Shown in pieces: positions 1-10,213 of a stretch of 64,000 nt of DNA. Source of the stretch: an uncultured Planctomycetaceae bacterium (GTDB lineage Bacteria > Planctomycetota > Planctomycetia > Isosphaerales > Isosphaeraceae). The notes under the pieces are model-generated. The model was not told where the DNA came from. It worked only from the letters and a program-made list of their open reading frames with translations, and did no database searches. The stretch covers positions 736,001 to 800,000 of the forward strand of contig CAWIAD010000002.1 in the NCBI GenBank assembly GCA_963833985.1, given 5' to 3'. Position 1 is the stretch's first letter; each line of letters opens with the position of its first letter. The position numbers and the translations under genes were made by a program.

Positions 1-669
1 CAGAACCAGGCGGCCACGGTCGAGGAGATGTCGGCGTCGATCCAGCAGCTCTCACACGCGATCGTCGAGATCAACCACAACGCCGATGCGGCCACCTCGC
101 TGGCCGAGAAGACGTCGCACCTCGCCAAGCAGGGGGGCGACTCGGTGGAGCAGGCCATCGAGGCCATGGTACTGATCAAGAAATCGAGCGAGCAGGTCAG
201 CGACATCATCCAGGTGATCAGCGAGATCGCCAGCCAGACCAACCTGCTGGCCCTGAACGCAGCCATCGAGGCCGCCCGCGCCGGCGAGCACGGGCTTGGC
301 TTCGCCGTCGTCGCCGACGAGGTGCGCAAGCTCGCCGAACGCTCCAGCGCCGCGGCGAAGGAGATCACCGCCCTCATCAAGGAATCGACGCGCCGTGTTG
401 CCGACGGTGCCCAGCTTTCTGAAAAGGCCGGTGAATCGCTGGCGCGGATCGTTCAGGGCGTCCACGAGACGGCCGCCAGCATCACGAAGATCGCCCAGGC
501 CACGCGCGAGCAGTCGGAGGCGTCGGCCGAGGTCAACAAGGCGATCCAGAACGTGACCAGCATCACCGAGACCAACGCATCGAGCTCCGAGGAACTCTCC
601 GCCAGCGCCGAGGAGCTTGGCGCGCAGTCCGCGGCGCTCAAGAACGTGATCTCGGGGTTCAAGGTGTAG
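1..669 (+). CDS. Methyl-accepting chemotaxis protein, C-terminal signalling domain (5' truncated by window edge)
   Basis: Open frame from base 1; MCP hairpin tip [40 protein letters not shown]; directly upstream of cheR. Confidence 0.96.
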   Translation, partial: QNQAATVEEMSASIQQLSHAIVEINHNADAATSLAEKTSHLAKQGGDSVEQAIEAMVLIKKSSEQVSDIIQVISEIASQTNLLALNAAIEAARAGEHGLGFAVVADEVRKLAERSSAAAKEITALIKESTRRVADGAQLSEKAGESLARIVQGVHETAASITKIAQATREQSEASAEVNKAIQNVTSITETNASSSEELSASAEELGAQSAALKNVISGFKV

Positions 670-700
670 TAGGCAGGAGGCAGTCGGCAGGGGGCAAGTT

Positions 701-897
701 GTAGGGTGGGTCGAGCCGCACGCGAGGCCCACCAAGGCGGCAGTCGGCAGGGGGCAGTGGGCAATTTGTAGGGTGGGTCGAGCCGCACGCGAGGCCCACC
801 AAGGCGGCAGTCGGCAGGGGGCAGTGGGCAATTTGTAGGGTGGGTCGAGCCGCACGCGAGGCCCACCAAGGCGGCAGTCGGCAGGGGGCAGTGGGCA
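701..897 (+). repeat. Three tandem 67-bp units, each a GTAG-type REP-like palindrome plus GGCAGNN heptamers
   Basis: Units start at 701, 768, 835: GTAGGGTGGGTCGAGCCGCACGCGAGGCCCACC (GGTGGG/CCCACC arms) followed by AAGGCGGCAGTCGGCAGGGGGCAGTGGGCA. Confidence 0.9.
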
Positions 898-903
898 GTG
901 AAG

Positions 904-1035
904 TGAAGCGGAAGACAGGCATTCTTGCCTGTCGAATGAAGCGGAAGACAGGCATTCTTGCCTGTCGAATGAAGCGGAAGACAGGCATTCTTGCCTGTCG
1001 AATGAAGCGGAGGACAGGCTTTCTTGCCTGTCGAA
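904..1035. repeat. Four tandem 33-bp palindromic units
   Basis: TGAAGCGGAAGACAGGCATTCTTGCCTGTCGAA at 904, 937, 970, 1003 (last copy has 2 mismatches); internal hairpin GACAGGCA-TTCT-TGCCTGTC. Confidence 0.92.
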
Positions 1036-1091
1036 AGTAGGCAGGAGGCAGGGGGGCAAACTGCAAATCGTGGGTTTGTTTTCAGGGCTAT

Positions 1092-1922
1092 ATGCATCTC
1101 AACGAGCTGACCGACGATGAGTTCAAGAAGTTCTGCGGGCTGATCTACCGCGTGGCCGGCATCCGTATCGCCGACAACAAGAGAGTGCTGGTGGCCAACC
1201 GGGTTCGCCGCCGGCTGCGCGCCACGGGAATCCCAACGTTCGCCGACTACTACGCGTTCCTGGTCTCGCAGGGCGGGAACGGCGAGATGCCGCTCTTCCT
1301 GGATGCCATCACCACCAACGAGACCTACTTCTATCGGGACCAGCACCATTATCAGTGGCTGGCACAGACGTTCCTGCCGGAGATCCTGAAACAGGCTGCC
1401 GAGCGGAAACGCCCGCGCCATCTGCGCATCTGGTCGGCGGCGTGCAGCACCGGGGAAGAACCCTACTCGATCACGCTGAAGCTAATGGCGCACAAACCGC
1501 AATTCTCCGGCTGGAAGATTCACGTGGTGGGGACCGACCTCAGCGGCGCGGTGCTGGCCTCGGCCCGCGCCGGCAGCTATGACGAACGGGCCGTCCACCT
1601 CATCGGTCCTGAGGAACGCAAGCGATACTTTGACGAGGATCCTCAGACGAGCCGCTGGTCCGTCAAGAGCGAGGTCCGCTCCATGGTCACCTGGAAGCTG
1701 CATAATTTGATGACACCCATGAGGGAGGAGCCGTTCGACTGCATCTTCCTCAAGAACGTGCTCATCTACTTTGATACGGCGTCCAAGCAGGCGGTCGTCA
1801 AGAACGTGCTGGCTGCGCTGGCCAGGGGCGGATACCTGGTCGTCGGGCCCACCGAGGGAATCTTCGCCATGCTCGACCCGCTCACCAAGGTGAAGACATG
1901 GCTTTACCAGAGGCAAAGCTGA
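1092..1922 (+). CDS. cheR: Chemotaxis protein-glutamate O-methyltransferase CheR
   Basis: Motifs TTNETYFYR, RIWSAACSTGEEPYS, GTDLS, FDCIFLKNVLIYFD. Confidence 0.97.
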   Translation: MHLNELTDDEFKKFCGLIYRVAGIRIADNKRVLVANRVRRRLRATGIPTFADYYAFLVSQGGNGEMPLFLDAITTNETYFYRDQHHYQWLAQTFLPEILKQAAERKRPRHLRIWSAACSTGEEPYSITLKLMAHKPQFSGWKIHVVGTDLSGAVLASARAGSYDERAVHLIGPEERKRYFDEDPQTSRWSVKSEVRSMVTWKLHNLMTPMREEPFDCIFLKNVLIYFDTASKQAVVKNVLAALARGGYLVVGPTEGIFAMLDPLTKVKTWLYQRQS

Positions 1923-1957
1923 TCGGGTCAAGACGCTGACGCTGCGAGGAACGGTTC

Positions 1958-4392
1958 ATGTCCGGGTTCGACCTTTCAGAGCTTCTGCCGTTCTATCTCG
2001 ATGAGACCGACGAGCACATCGCCGCGCTCAACGACGCCCTGCTGCGCCTGGAGCAGGACGCGACCGACGCCAGGGCGCTGGCGGAAGCCTTCCGGATGTT
2101 CCACAGCATCAAGGGTGCGTCAGTGGTCATGGGCTTCGAGACCGTCAATCGCCTGACGCATCATCTCGAGAGCCTGTTCGACCAGTTCCGGTGCAAGAAG
2201 CGCACCCTTGACCGGCCAGTGCTCGATCTCACGTTCCGCTGCCTCGACGAGCTGCGTGACTATCACCGCGATCTCCGCGCCGGCGAGCAGGGGACCGCCG
2301 ACCTGGCGGCGCTGACGCCCCTGGTCATCGCCACGCTCGATTCCGCGGCGCCCCCACCGCAGCTTCCCCCGAAGGCTGCCGCCCCGGCTCAGAAAGATAC
2401 CGAGGCCGAAATCGCTCCCGAACCGAAATCCATGGCGCCCGAGCCGGAGCTCATGGTGCCCGAGTCGCCGGCCTCGGCATCAGAGACGATGCCGGAGGGG
2501 CCCGAAGGCGTTGGCGTGACCGTCGTGTTCGAGCCGAACCTGCCGCTGCCGGACATGAAGGCCAGGCTGGTGCTGAACCGGCTGGCGCGCGCGGCCGTGT
2601 GCTGCGGACGCAGCCCCCCGCCGAGCAGCTCGACGAAGTCGAGTCGCTCCGCGAGTTCACCGTCTGGCTGGTGGCGGAGTGCGACCCGGAGGAGCTTCGC
2701 TCGCTGGCCGACGTCGACGGCGTGGCAACCATCCGCATCAACCCGGTGGCGTCAGTCCATGCCAGTCCCGCACGCGCGCAGCCAGGCCCGGTGCTGGAGC
2801 CGGCCGGCAGCTCACCGATTGCAGCGGGCCCGTCGACCGACGCGCCGGACCCTTTGGCCAGCGCCATGAGTGAGCCCGCTCGAGCCGCCGAACCGCCGGG
2901 TCCGGTGCTACCCGCCACCGCGCCCGCAACGGCCGGCGCCGCGCCGCGGAAGGCGAAAGTGGCCGAGACGATCCGGGTTGAGAGCGACCGGCTCGATCAG
3001 CTCATGAACCTCGCCGGCGAGCTGGTGATCAACAAGGCGCGGTTCGTGAACATCGCCAGGGGCCTTGAGGAGCTGTTCCGCGGATCCAACGCCCAGGCCC
3101 TGGCCGTCGATACCGAGGAACGGCTGGAGAGCATCACCCGCGGGCTCGACGGCATGGTGGCGGCGAAGGCCGGCGTGGCGGAGGGCTCGGTGGACCGCTG
3201 GGCGGGCCAGGTCCGCCGCCTCCGCGACAACTTCCGCGAGATCCAGCACGAGCTCAGCCGGCTGCGTGACGGGCGCGAGCAGATCAAGACGTTGGCCGAG
3301 GCCATCCATAGCCTGGGCCGCGTGACCGACGGACTGCAAAAGGGCGTGCTCGATACCCGGATGGTGCCCATCGGACCACTCTTCGAGCGCTTCCGGCGCG
3401 TGATTCGCGACCTCAGCATTTCTTCCGGCAAGGAGGTCTCGCTCCAGATCAGCGGCGAGAAGACCGAGCTGGACAAGCGGATGATCGACGAGCTCAGCGA
3501 CCCGCTGATCCACATGGTCCGCAACTCGGTGGATCACGGACTGGAGCCGCCCGAGATCCGGCAGGCCGGCGGCAAGCCCCGCGCAGGCACCGTTGTGCTC
3601 CAGGCATCGCACCGGGGCAACAGCGTGGTCATCACGGTCAGCGATGATGGACGCGGGATCGACTGCGAGCGGATCCGCAAGAAGATCGTGGCCAAGGACC
3701 TGGTCACCCTATCCGTTGCCCAGCAGCTCAACGAGCGCGAGCTGGTGCCTTACATCTGGCACCCGGGCCTCAGCACTGCCGAGACGATCACCGAGGTCTC
3801 GGGCCGCGGCGTGGGTATGGACATCGTCAAGAACCGGATCGAGAACCTGAGCGGCAGCGTGGACGTGCGTACCGTCGCCGGACAGGGAACCACCTTCACC
3901 ATCCGGCTTCCGCTCACCCTGGCCATCATGTCGAGCCTGCTGGTGCGGATCTTCGAGGAGATCTACGCGATCCCGCTCGACCACATTGACGAGATCGTCG
4001 AGGTCCGGCCACGCCAGATCTATCGCGTTCAAGGCCGGCCCACAATCGAGATCCGCAAGAAGATCGTGGCCCTCGTGTCACTGGCCGACCTCTTCCGCTG
4101 GGGCGGAAAAGCCCACCCGGCCCGCACGAAGAATCATGCGGGGACGGAGAACGGCGAGGAACCGGACACGTTCCGCGTCGTCATTGTGCAGAACGGTGAG
4201 ACCACGATCGGCCTCATCGTGGATCAACTTATCGGCATGCAAGAAGTCGTTCTCAAGTCGCTGGAGAAGAATTTTCGCCCCATCCCCGGCCTCTCCGGCG
4301 CCAGCATCCTGGGCGACGGGCGGGTGTCGCTGATCCTCGACGTCGATTCGATCATCGCCACGGCCACTGGTCGGATGGAACCACGAACGTAA
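1958..4392 (+). CDS. cheA: Chemotaxis histidine kinase CheA (frameshift near 2590, probably a sequencing indel)
   Basis: Hpt domain AFRMFHSIKG in ORF 1958; ORF 2599 carries TIRV..RLDQLMNLAGELVI, HMVRNSVDHGLE, DDGRGID, SGRGVGMDIV and a CheW-like C-terminus. Confidence 0.95.
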
Positions 4393-4492
4393 GGGAAGGC
4401 GACCACGAAAAAAAAGGAAAGGTCAGGAATCACACAGGCACGCTACCACGAAAGGGAGTCAAACAGGCAGGGAAGGAACAAGACGGGGAAGC

Positions 4493-4520
4493 AACCACGA
4501 AATACACGAAATACACGCAA
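4493..4520 (+). repeat. Left arm of the inverted repeat flanking the GxxExxY gene (9-bp tandem CACGAAATA)
   Basis: AACCACGAAATACACGAAATACACGCAA; matches the reverse complement of 5039-5066 at 27/28 positions. Confidence 0.9.
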
Positions 4521-4625
4521 ATTAAAGAAGAGCATGAGAAACGGAAAATGCGAAGCAATGAGAGCAAATATTTTTAAAAGGTAAAACGAAACAGAAACTT
4601 CGTTGGACATCCGGGGGGCGCGGAG

Positions 4626-4997
4626 GTGATACGGCTGGCGGAGGAGAGTTATCGGATCATGGGAGCGTGTTTCGAGGTCTACAAGCTCAAGGGGTGTGGG
4701 TTTCTGGAAGCCGTTTACCAGGAATGCCTGGAAATCGAGATGGAGTTGCGCGAGGTTCCGTTGCAGGCACGCGCCGAGCTGGTGCTCACCTACAAGGACC
4801 GAACGCTCAAACATCGCTATCAGCCCGACTTCGTCTGCTTCGAACAGATCATCGTCGAGATCAAGGCCGTCTCTCAACTGAGCCACGACCACCGAGCCCA
4901 ACTCCATAACTACCTGCGTAGCTCGGGCCTTCGCCTGGGCCTGCTCGTGAACTTCGGCCATCATCCCTTACTGGAATATGAACGCATTGTCCTGTAA
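4626..4997 (+). CDS. GxxExxY family PD-(D/E)xK nuclease-like protein
   Basis: GCGFLEAVY motif, PDF...IIVEIK, AQLHNYL...GLLVNFG; GGAGG adjacent to GTG start (exact start uncertain). Confidence 0.93.
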   Translation: MIRLAEESYRIMGACFEVYKLKGCGFLEAVYQECLEIEMELREVPLQARAELVLTYKDRTLKHRYQPDFVCFEQIIVEIKAVSQLSHDHRAQLHNYLRSSGLRLGLLVNFGHHPLLEYERIVL

Positions 4998-5038
4998 TCT
5001 CTCTCGCGGATCGAAATCTCTTTCTTCCCAACTTTCTC

Positions 5039-5066
5039 TTTCGTGTATTTCGTGTATTTCGTGGTT
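5039..5066 (-). repeat. Right arm of the inverted repeat flanking the GxxExxY gene
   Basis: TTTCGTGTATTTCGTGTATTTCGTGGTT; reverse complement of 4493-4520 with one mismatch. Confidence 0.9.
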
Positions 5067-5162
5067 CCCTGATCTTCTCTTCCCATAGTTCCTGATCTCC
5101 TATTCCTTTTTCGTGGCCCCTTCGTCTTCTTTCGTGGTCCCTTTTCGTGGTGGCCAACGCGG

Positions 5163-5819
5163 ATGGCAGCTTTGAGTCCGGCCCAGTGCCGTTTGCTCTG
5201 GATGATCTTCGAGCGTGGGGCAGAGAGTGCCTCTCTGGCTCTTTCAAAGTGGCTCGGTCAGGACGTGCGGCTTGCCATCAGCGAGGTGGAGCAGGTGGAT
5301 CTCTCGGCGGCAGCCGAGATCCTCGGCCCGCCGGAGGTGCTCGTCGCGGCCTGCGTCATGGGTCTTTCCGGGCCGCTGAGCGGACAGATCCTGCTCGTCT
5401 TCGAGGACCGCTCCGGCCTGGCAATTGTCGATATGCTGATGCAGCAACCGCTGGGCACTGCGCAGTCGTGGGGTGAGCTCGAGCGGTCCGCCGCGCAGGA
5501 GACAACTAACATTGTGGGCTGCGCGTACCTCAATGCCCTTGCGGCACACCTGCCCTCGCGGATCTCCAGCGGGCGAACCGGCAGTGACGAGCTCGTTCCC
5601 ACGCCTCCGATCTTCTTGCAGGAGTTCGCTGGCAGCTTGCTGGAGTTCACGCTCATGGAGCAGGCACTCGAGCTAGACGAAGTATTGCTGGTGCATACCT
5701 CGTTCACCTCGGCCGCCCAGGAGAAGCAGTTGACCTTGAACTGGTCGCTCCTGCTGGTTCCCGATCGTGCGTCGCTGCACGCGCTGGCTGGCGCTCTGGG
5801 CGAGCTGGAAACTCATTGA
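5163..5819 (+). CDS. cheC: CheC-family CheY-P phosphatase
   Basis: SAAQETTNIVGCAYLNALA (ExxN motif), ASLALSKWL N-terminal pattern; located between cheA and cheD. Confidence 0.88.
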   Translation: MAALSPAQCRLLWMIFERGAESASLALSKWLGQDVRLAISEVEQVDLSAAAEILGPPEVLVAACVMGLSGPLSGQILLVFEDRSGLAIVDMLMQQPLGTAQSWGELERSAAQETTNIVGCAYLNALAAHLPSRISSGRTGSDELVPTPPIFLQEFAGSLLEFTLMEQALELDEVLLVHTSFTSAAQEKQLTLNWSLLLVPDRASLHALAGALGELETH

Positions 5820-5835
5820 TCGCGAGGTGGGTAGC

Positions 5836-6368
5836 GTGGCTTCCACACGGGATTCGTCTGGCTCATCAACCCCCTTGCCGGTGGTCTCGGTGGCAATCGG
5901 TCAGTGGGCGGTCGCCGTCGCGCCGGTGAAGATTCGCACGCTTCTGGGTTCCTGCGTGGGAGTGATCCTGTTCGATCGGGTCGCCCGCCTGGGTGCCATC
6001 GCGCACATCGTGCTGCCTGACTCGCGGGGCGCGCTGGAGCATCCGGGCAAGTTCGCAGACACCGCCATTCCGGCCATGATTGCCGAGATCGAGCGGAAGC
6101 TCGCGGTCAAGCCGGCCGGCCGGCTGGTAGCGAAGCTGGCCGGCGGAGCCAGGATGTTCGCCACGGGGGACGGCTCCAGCACGGGCGGCAATTCCGTGCT
6201 CAATGTTGGCCAGATGAACCAGGAGGCCGCGGAGCGAGTCCTGGCGCATTCCGGATTCCGATCCTGGCACGCGATCTGGGCGGCTCCAGCGGTCGGCACT
6301 TGACCCTCGACACCGCTTCGGGCATCGTCGCAATCAGGATCCCGGGAGGAGCCGACTATGAAATCTGA
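5836..6368 (+). CDS. cheD: Chemoreceptor glutamine deamidase CheD (frameshift near 6250)
   Basis: TLLGSCVGV, AHIVLP, GKFADTAI, AKLAGGARMF, NVGQMN; the expected C-terminus IPILARDLGGSSGR continues in another frame to TGA 6368; start approximate. Confidence 0.92.
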
Positions 6369-6434
6369 ACGCATTCGCGGGCGCCGCTGCTGCGGCAATT
6401 CGCGAGGGCCGGTCCCGGGAAGCAGGCCACACTC

Positions 6435-6812
6435 ATGAAGCGACTTCTTGTAGTGGACGACGCGCTGTTCATGCGCAAGCTCATCTGCGGCGTGGCGGCC
6501 GAGGCTGGCTGGTCCGTCGCCGGCGAGGCGTCCAATGGCGAGCAGGCCGTCGCGCTCTACGATCAGCTCCGGCCGGACCTTGTCACCATGGATCTGGTCA
6601 TGCCCGTGATGGGCGGGCTCGAGGCGCTCCGGCAGATCCGCACGCTGGATCCGGCGGCCCAGGTGGTCGTGGTCACGGCCCTCGATCAGAAACAGGCACT
6701 GATGGACTCGATCCGCGAAGGTGCCTTCGATTTCATCGTCAAGCCGTTCGAGCGCGAGCGGGTGCTGAACCTGCTGCACAAGCTCGGGACGACCGGGGAA
6801 GCAGGAACATGA
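6435..6812 (+). CDS. cheY: Single-domain response regulator CheY
   Basis: LLVVDDALFMR, PDLVTMDLVMP, VVTA, DFIVKPF; inside the che operon. Confidence 0.93.
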   Translation: MKRLLVVDDALFMRKLICGVAAEAGWSVAGEASNGEQAVALYDQLRPDLVTMDLVMPVMGGLEALRQIRTLDPAAQVVVVTALDQKQALMDSIREGAFDFIVKPFERERVLNLLHKLGTTGEAGT

Positions 6813-6820
6813 GCCGACTA

Positions 6821-6850
6821 CGGTGGGTTGCGCTCGCTGACCCACCCTAC
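6821..6850 (-). repeat. GTAG-type REP-like element between cheY and cheB
   Basis: Reverse complement GTAGGGTGGGTCAGCGAGCGCAACCCACCG; near-identical to 63378-63406. Confidence 0.8.
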
Positions 6851-6872
6851 GGTTGATCGCCACGAGGGTGCA

Positions 6873-8095
6873 TTGCCGATAACGGAACGAACTGCCGAGG
6901 AGAAACAGAGCCCAGGGCGCATCCGCGTACTCGTGGTTGACGATTCAGCCCTGATGCGCCGTCTGCTGTGCGATCTGCTGGTGCAGCGCGGGAGATCGAG
7001 GTCGTGGGCACGGCGCGCGACGGCCGCGAGGCGGTGCTCCAGGCGGTGCGGCTCAAGCCTGACGTGATCACGCTCGACGTCGAGATGCCCGAGGTCTCAG
7101 GGCTCGAGGCTCTGCCGCTCCTGCTCGCCGCGCACGAGGCGCCCGTCATCATGGTCAGCGCGCTCACGCAGGAGGGCGCTGATGTCACGCTCCAGGCGCT
7201 GGAGCTGGGCGCGGTCGATTTCATGCCCAAGCCGGAACGCAACCAGCTTGCCGAGATGCGCGCCAGCTCCGAGCTACTGGTCGCCAAGATCCTCACCGCG
7301 GCCCAGAGCCGGGTACGGCGCGCACGGCGCACGTCTTCCGCACCGCAAGGCCCCACGCCGACGCGATCCGCCAGGGCCGCGCCCATGCGCACCCCGGCGC
7401 CACGCGGCAAACACGCGGACTCGCCCGTTGCGGGCGTGGGCACGCCTGCACCCGCGCCTCCGGCCTCCTCTCCAACGGTGCCGGCCGCCCTGTCGCGGAC
7501 CTGCCTGGTGATCGGCATCTCCACGGGAGGCCCCCAGGCGCTGAGCATGATCTTGCCGCTCCTGACCGCACCGCTGCCTCCCATCCTGGTCGTGCAGCAT
7601 ATGATCGCTCAGTTCACCGGCGTGTTCGCTGCCCGGCTCGGCCGCTCCTGTTCGCTCTCGATCAAGGAAGCGGCCGAGGCCGACCCGATCGTCCCCAACC
7701 AGGTGCTGATCGCTCCCGGCGGCCGACACATGATGGTGGCCGGCACGATCTCCCGCCCGCGAGTGAGCCTCTCCGACGACGCTCCGGTCAGCGGCCACAG
7801 GCCGTCAGTGGACGTACTCTTCCAGTCCGCCGCGCGCGTGTACCAGTCGGCGACCATCGGCATCATCATGACCGGCATGGGCCGCGACGGCGTCGACGGG
7901 TGCAAGACCATCCTCACCTCCGGCGGCTTCACGCTCGGCCAGGACGAAGCTACCTCCGTGGTCTATGGCATGAACAAGGCTGCCCTCGTCGAGGGTGCCC
8001 TCCGCGCCGAGTTCGCACTCGACGAGCTACCCGGCATCCTCAAGAACCTGGCCGCGTTCCGCGAGGACGTGGAGAGCCGGAAACGCGAGCCATGA
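6873..8095 (+). CDS. cheB: Chemotaxis response regulator / methylesterase CheB (frameshift near 6985)
   Basis: RVLVVDDSALMR in frame of ORF 6828, then PDVITLDVEMP, GISTGGP, VVQHM, HRPSVDVLF, MTGMGRDG, VVYGM in ORF 6968; TTG start inferred. Confidence 0.94.
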
Positions 8096-8211
8096 CCATT
8101 CCGGAGATGAGGCCATCCCCTCCCGCCCGCGAATGTCAGGCATGAACTCCCGGGACGGTCGATATCAGTCACGTCCCACTTTCTCTCTGGCGATGTTGAG
8201 GAACGTGCTAT

Positions 8212-10212
8212 CCCATGTTTGGGGTGAGATCGCCTTCCGCGCGACTGCTGCCACGCATAATTCCTCTATTTTCCAGGGGTTGGCGAGCGGCATACCCGTT
8301 TTTTTCCGAAAAGTGTAGTGACAATATCGACGCGATTACTTCGGAATTTACCTTGATTTCGCCTTGAAATCGGCGCGTTCCGTCGTGATACTTCACGACA
8401 TGTACCTGAGAACCATAAAAGTCCGGTCGTCCAGCGGTGCGCTGAACGAGTACGTCCGCGTCGTCGAAGCCTATCGCGACAACGGTAAGGTCAAGCAACG
8501 CACCGTGGCCGATCTGGGACGCAAGGACCTGCTTGCGGAATTGTTTCCCAAGCTAAAACGCTTGCTCGGTCAAGATGTCGAGTCGGAGTCCGCTGGGGAC
8601 GAGGATCTCGACATCCTGGACGCTTCCACCTGGGGGCCGGTCCTCGCCGTCCGGGCCTTGTTCGACCAACTCGGGCTCTGGACCATCCTCGACGAATCAC
8701 TCGGCAAAGCCAAAGGCGTGCCGTTTACTGACCGGGCCTTCGTGCTCATTGCCAATCGCCTGATTCACCCCGCCAGCGAACACGGCTTGGCGGGGTGGCT
8801 GGAGACCGACTTCGTCTGTGATCGCCAAGGCCGCCGTTTTGTTCCTCGCTGGCACCAGCACAAGCGGGTTCGCGTCGACTTTCGCCAACTGGAGTCCTGG
8901 TACCGGACCCTCGATCAACTCGTGGACGCCAAGGAACGGATCGAGGTGGCTCTTTATCACCGCCTTCGCGACCTGTTCAGTATCAAGCCGGACCTGGTGC
9001 TCTATGACATCACGAGCACCTACTTCGAGGGAGCTGGACCGGCCAACTTCGCCAAGCATGGCTACAGTCGGGACGGCAAGCCGCACAACGTCCAGGTGAT
9101 CGTCGGAGTGGTGATGGTGGGCGGCTGGCCGATCGCTCATCACGTTTGGGCCGGCAACGAAGTCGACCACCAGACCGTGCAGAAAGCCATTCGTGATCTG
9201 CACCAGCGATTTGGTTTCAGCCGCCTCGTTTTTGTCGGCGATCGAGGCATGATCACCAATGACAATCTGGAAGCGATCACTGGCGACAAGCATGGCTATC
9301 TTGTGGGCGTGAAGCGAAGGCGGAACGCAAAGTTGACCAAGTGGCTGGCTGCCCTCGACGATGCCAAGTGGATTTCTTGCCCGGTAGGGATCACCGCCCG
9401 GGAAAAGACCAATCCACCGCGCACTCGGGCGCAAGAGGTGCCGTCAGGAGTTGAAGGTTTGCGGATAATCATCGTCGATTCCGACGAGCGCCGCGAATAC
9501 GAGCAAGCCATGCGTCAGAAGGCCATGGAGCGGACACATCAATCGCTCGAAGAAGTTGCAGGGGCGTGTGGCGGCAGGGAAGTTGAAACAGCCCGAGAAG
9601 ATTGGCGCCGCAGCCGAGCGCCTCCTGCAACGAAACCATGGCTATCGTTACTATTCGTGGGACCTCGACAAGGGGATTTTCCGCTACTTTGAGAACACGA
9701 AGGGTCTGACCAATGAGCAGGGAATCGAAGGCAAGTATGTGATCGCCACGAGTGAAGCAGCGCTCAGCGTGCTTGAGGTCGTGGCGATCTACAAGGACCT
9801 GAGCGATGTCGAGCGCGGGTTTCGCCAGCTCAAGGACGTGCTGGCCATGCGGCCGATTTATCATCAGATTGAGGAACGAGTAAAAGCACATATTTTCGTA
9901 GCTGCACTGGCATTACTGGTCCAGCGGCTATTGCACCGCCGACTTGAGCACGCTGGGATAGATTTCTCTCCAGAGAGGGCGATGCAAGCTCTCTCCACGC
10001 TCCGGGTGGTGACCCTCCGTCTCGACGATCAGCCCGAACGGCAAGGAGTCAGTGGAGGCTGCCCCGATGCGCGGCGGGTCCTGAAGGCGCTGGGCTTAAC
10101 CGAGCTCAGGCCGCCAGCACCACCGGAAGACGAAAAAACCGTGATGTAGTGACAATCTGAAAAATCGCCCCTTGCGCCGCAAGGACTTAGGGCGACCCAC
10201 CCCAAACATGGG
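8212..10212 (+). mobile_element. IS1634-family insertion sequence, 2001 bp
   Basis: Perfect 15-bp terminal inverted repeats CCCATGTTTGGGGTG (8212-8226 and 10198-10212); flanking direct repeat CTAT (8208-8211 and 10213-10216; GCTAT if the right end is one base shorter). Confidence 0.92.
8400..10149 (+). CDS. IS1634-family DDE transposase (frameshift near 9550)
   Basis: LYDITSTYFEG, GYSRD, FVGDRGM in ORF 8364; YKDLSDVERGFRQLK, RPIYH, RVKAHIFV in ORF 9556. Confidence 0.92.
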
Positions 10213-10213
10213 C

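Noticed and set aside
701..1035. Possible CRISPR array
   Set aside because: The 67-bp units have identical intervening sequence and the 33-bp units abut with no spacers; no cas genes in the window.
52..1421. Minus-strand ORFs with RQECLS and CPLP repeats
   Set aside because: Translations of the palindromic repeats, antisense to mcp and cheR.
9540..9560. Programmed frameshift in the transposase
   Set aside because: IS1634 transposases are single ORFs, no slippery heptamer is visible, and similar indels occur throughout the window.
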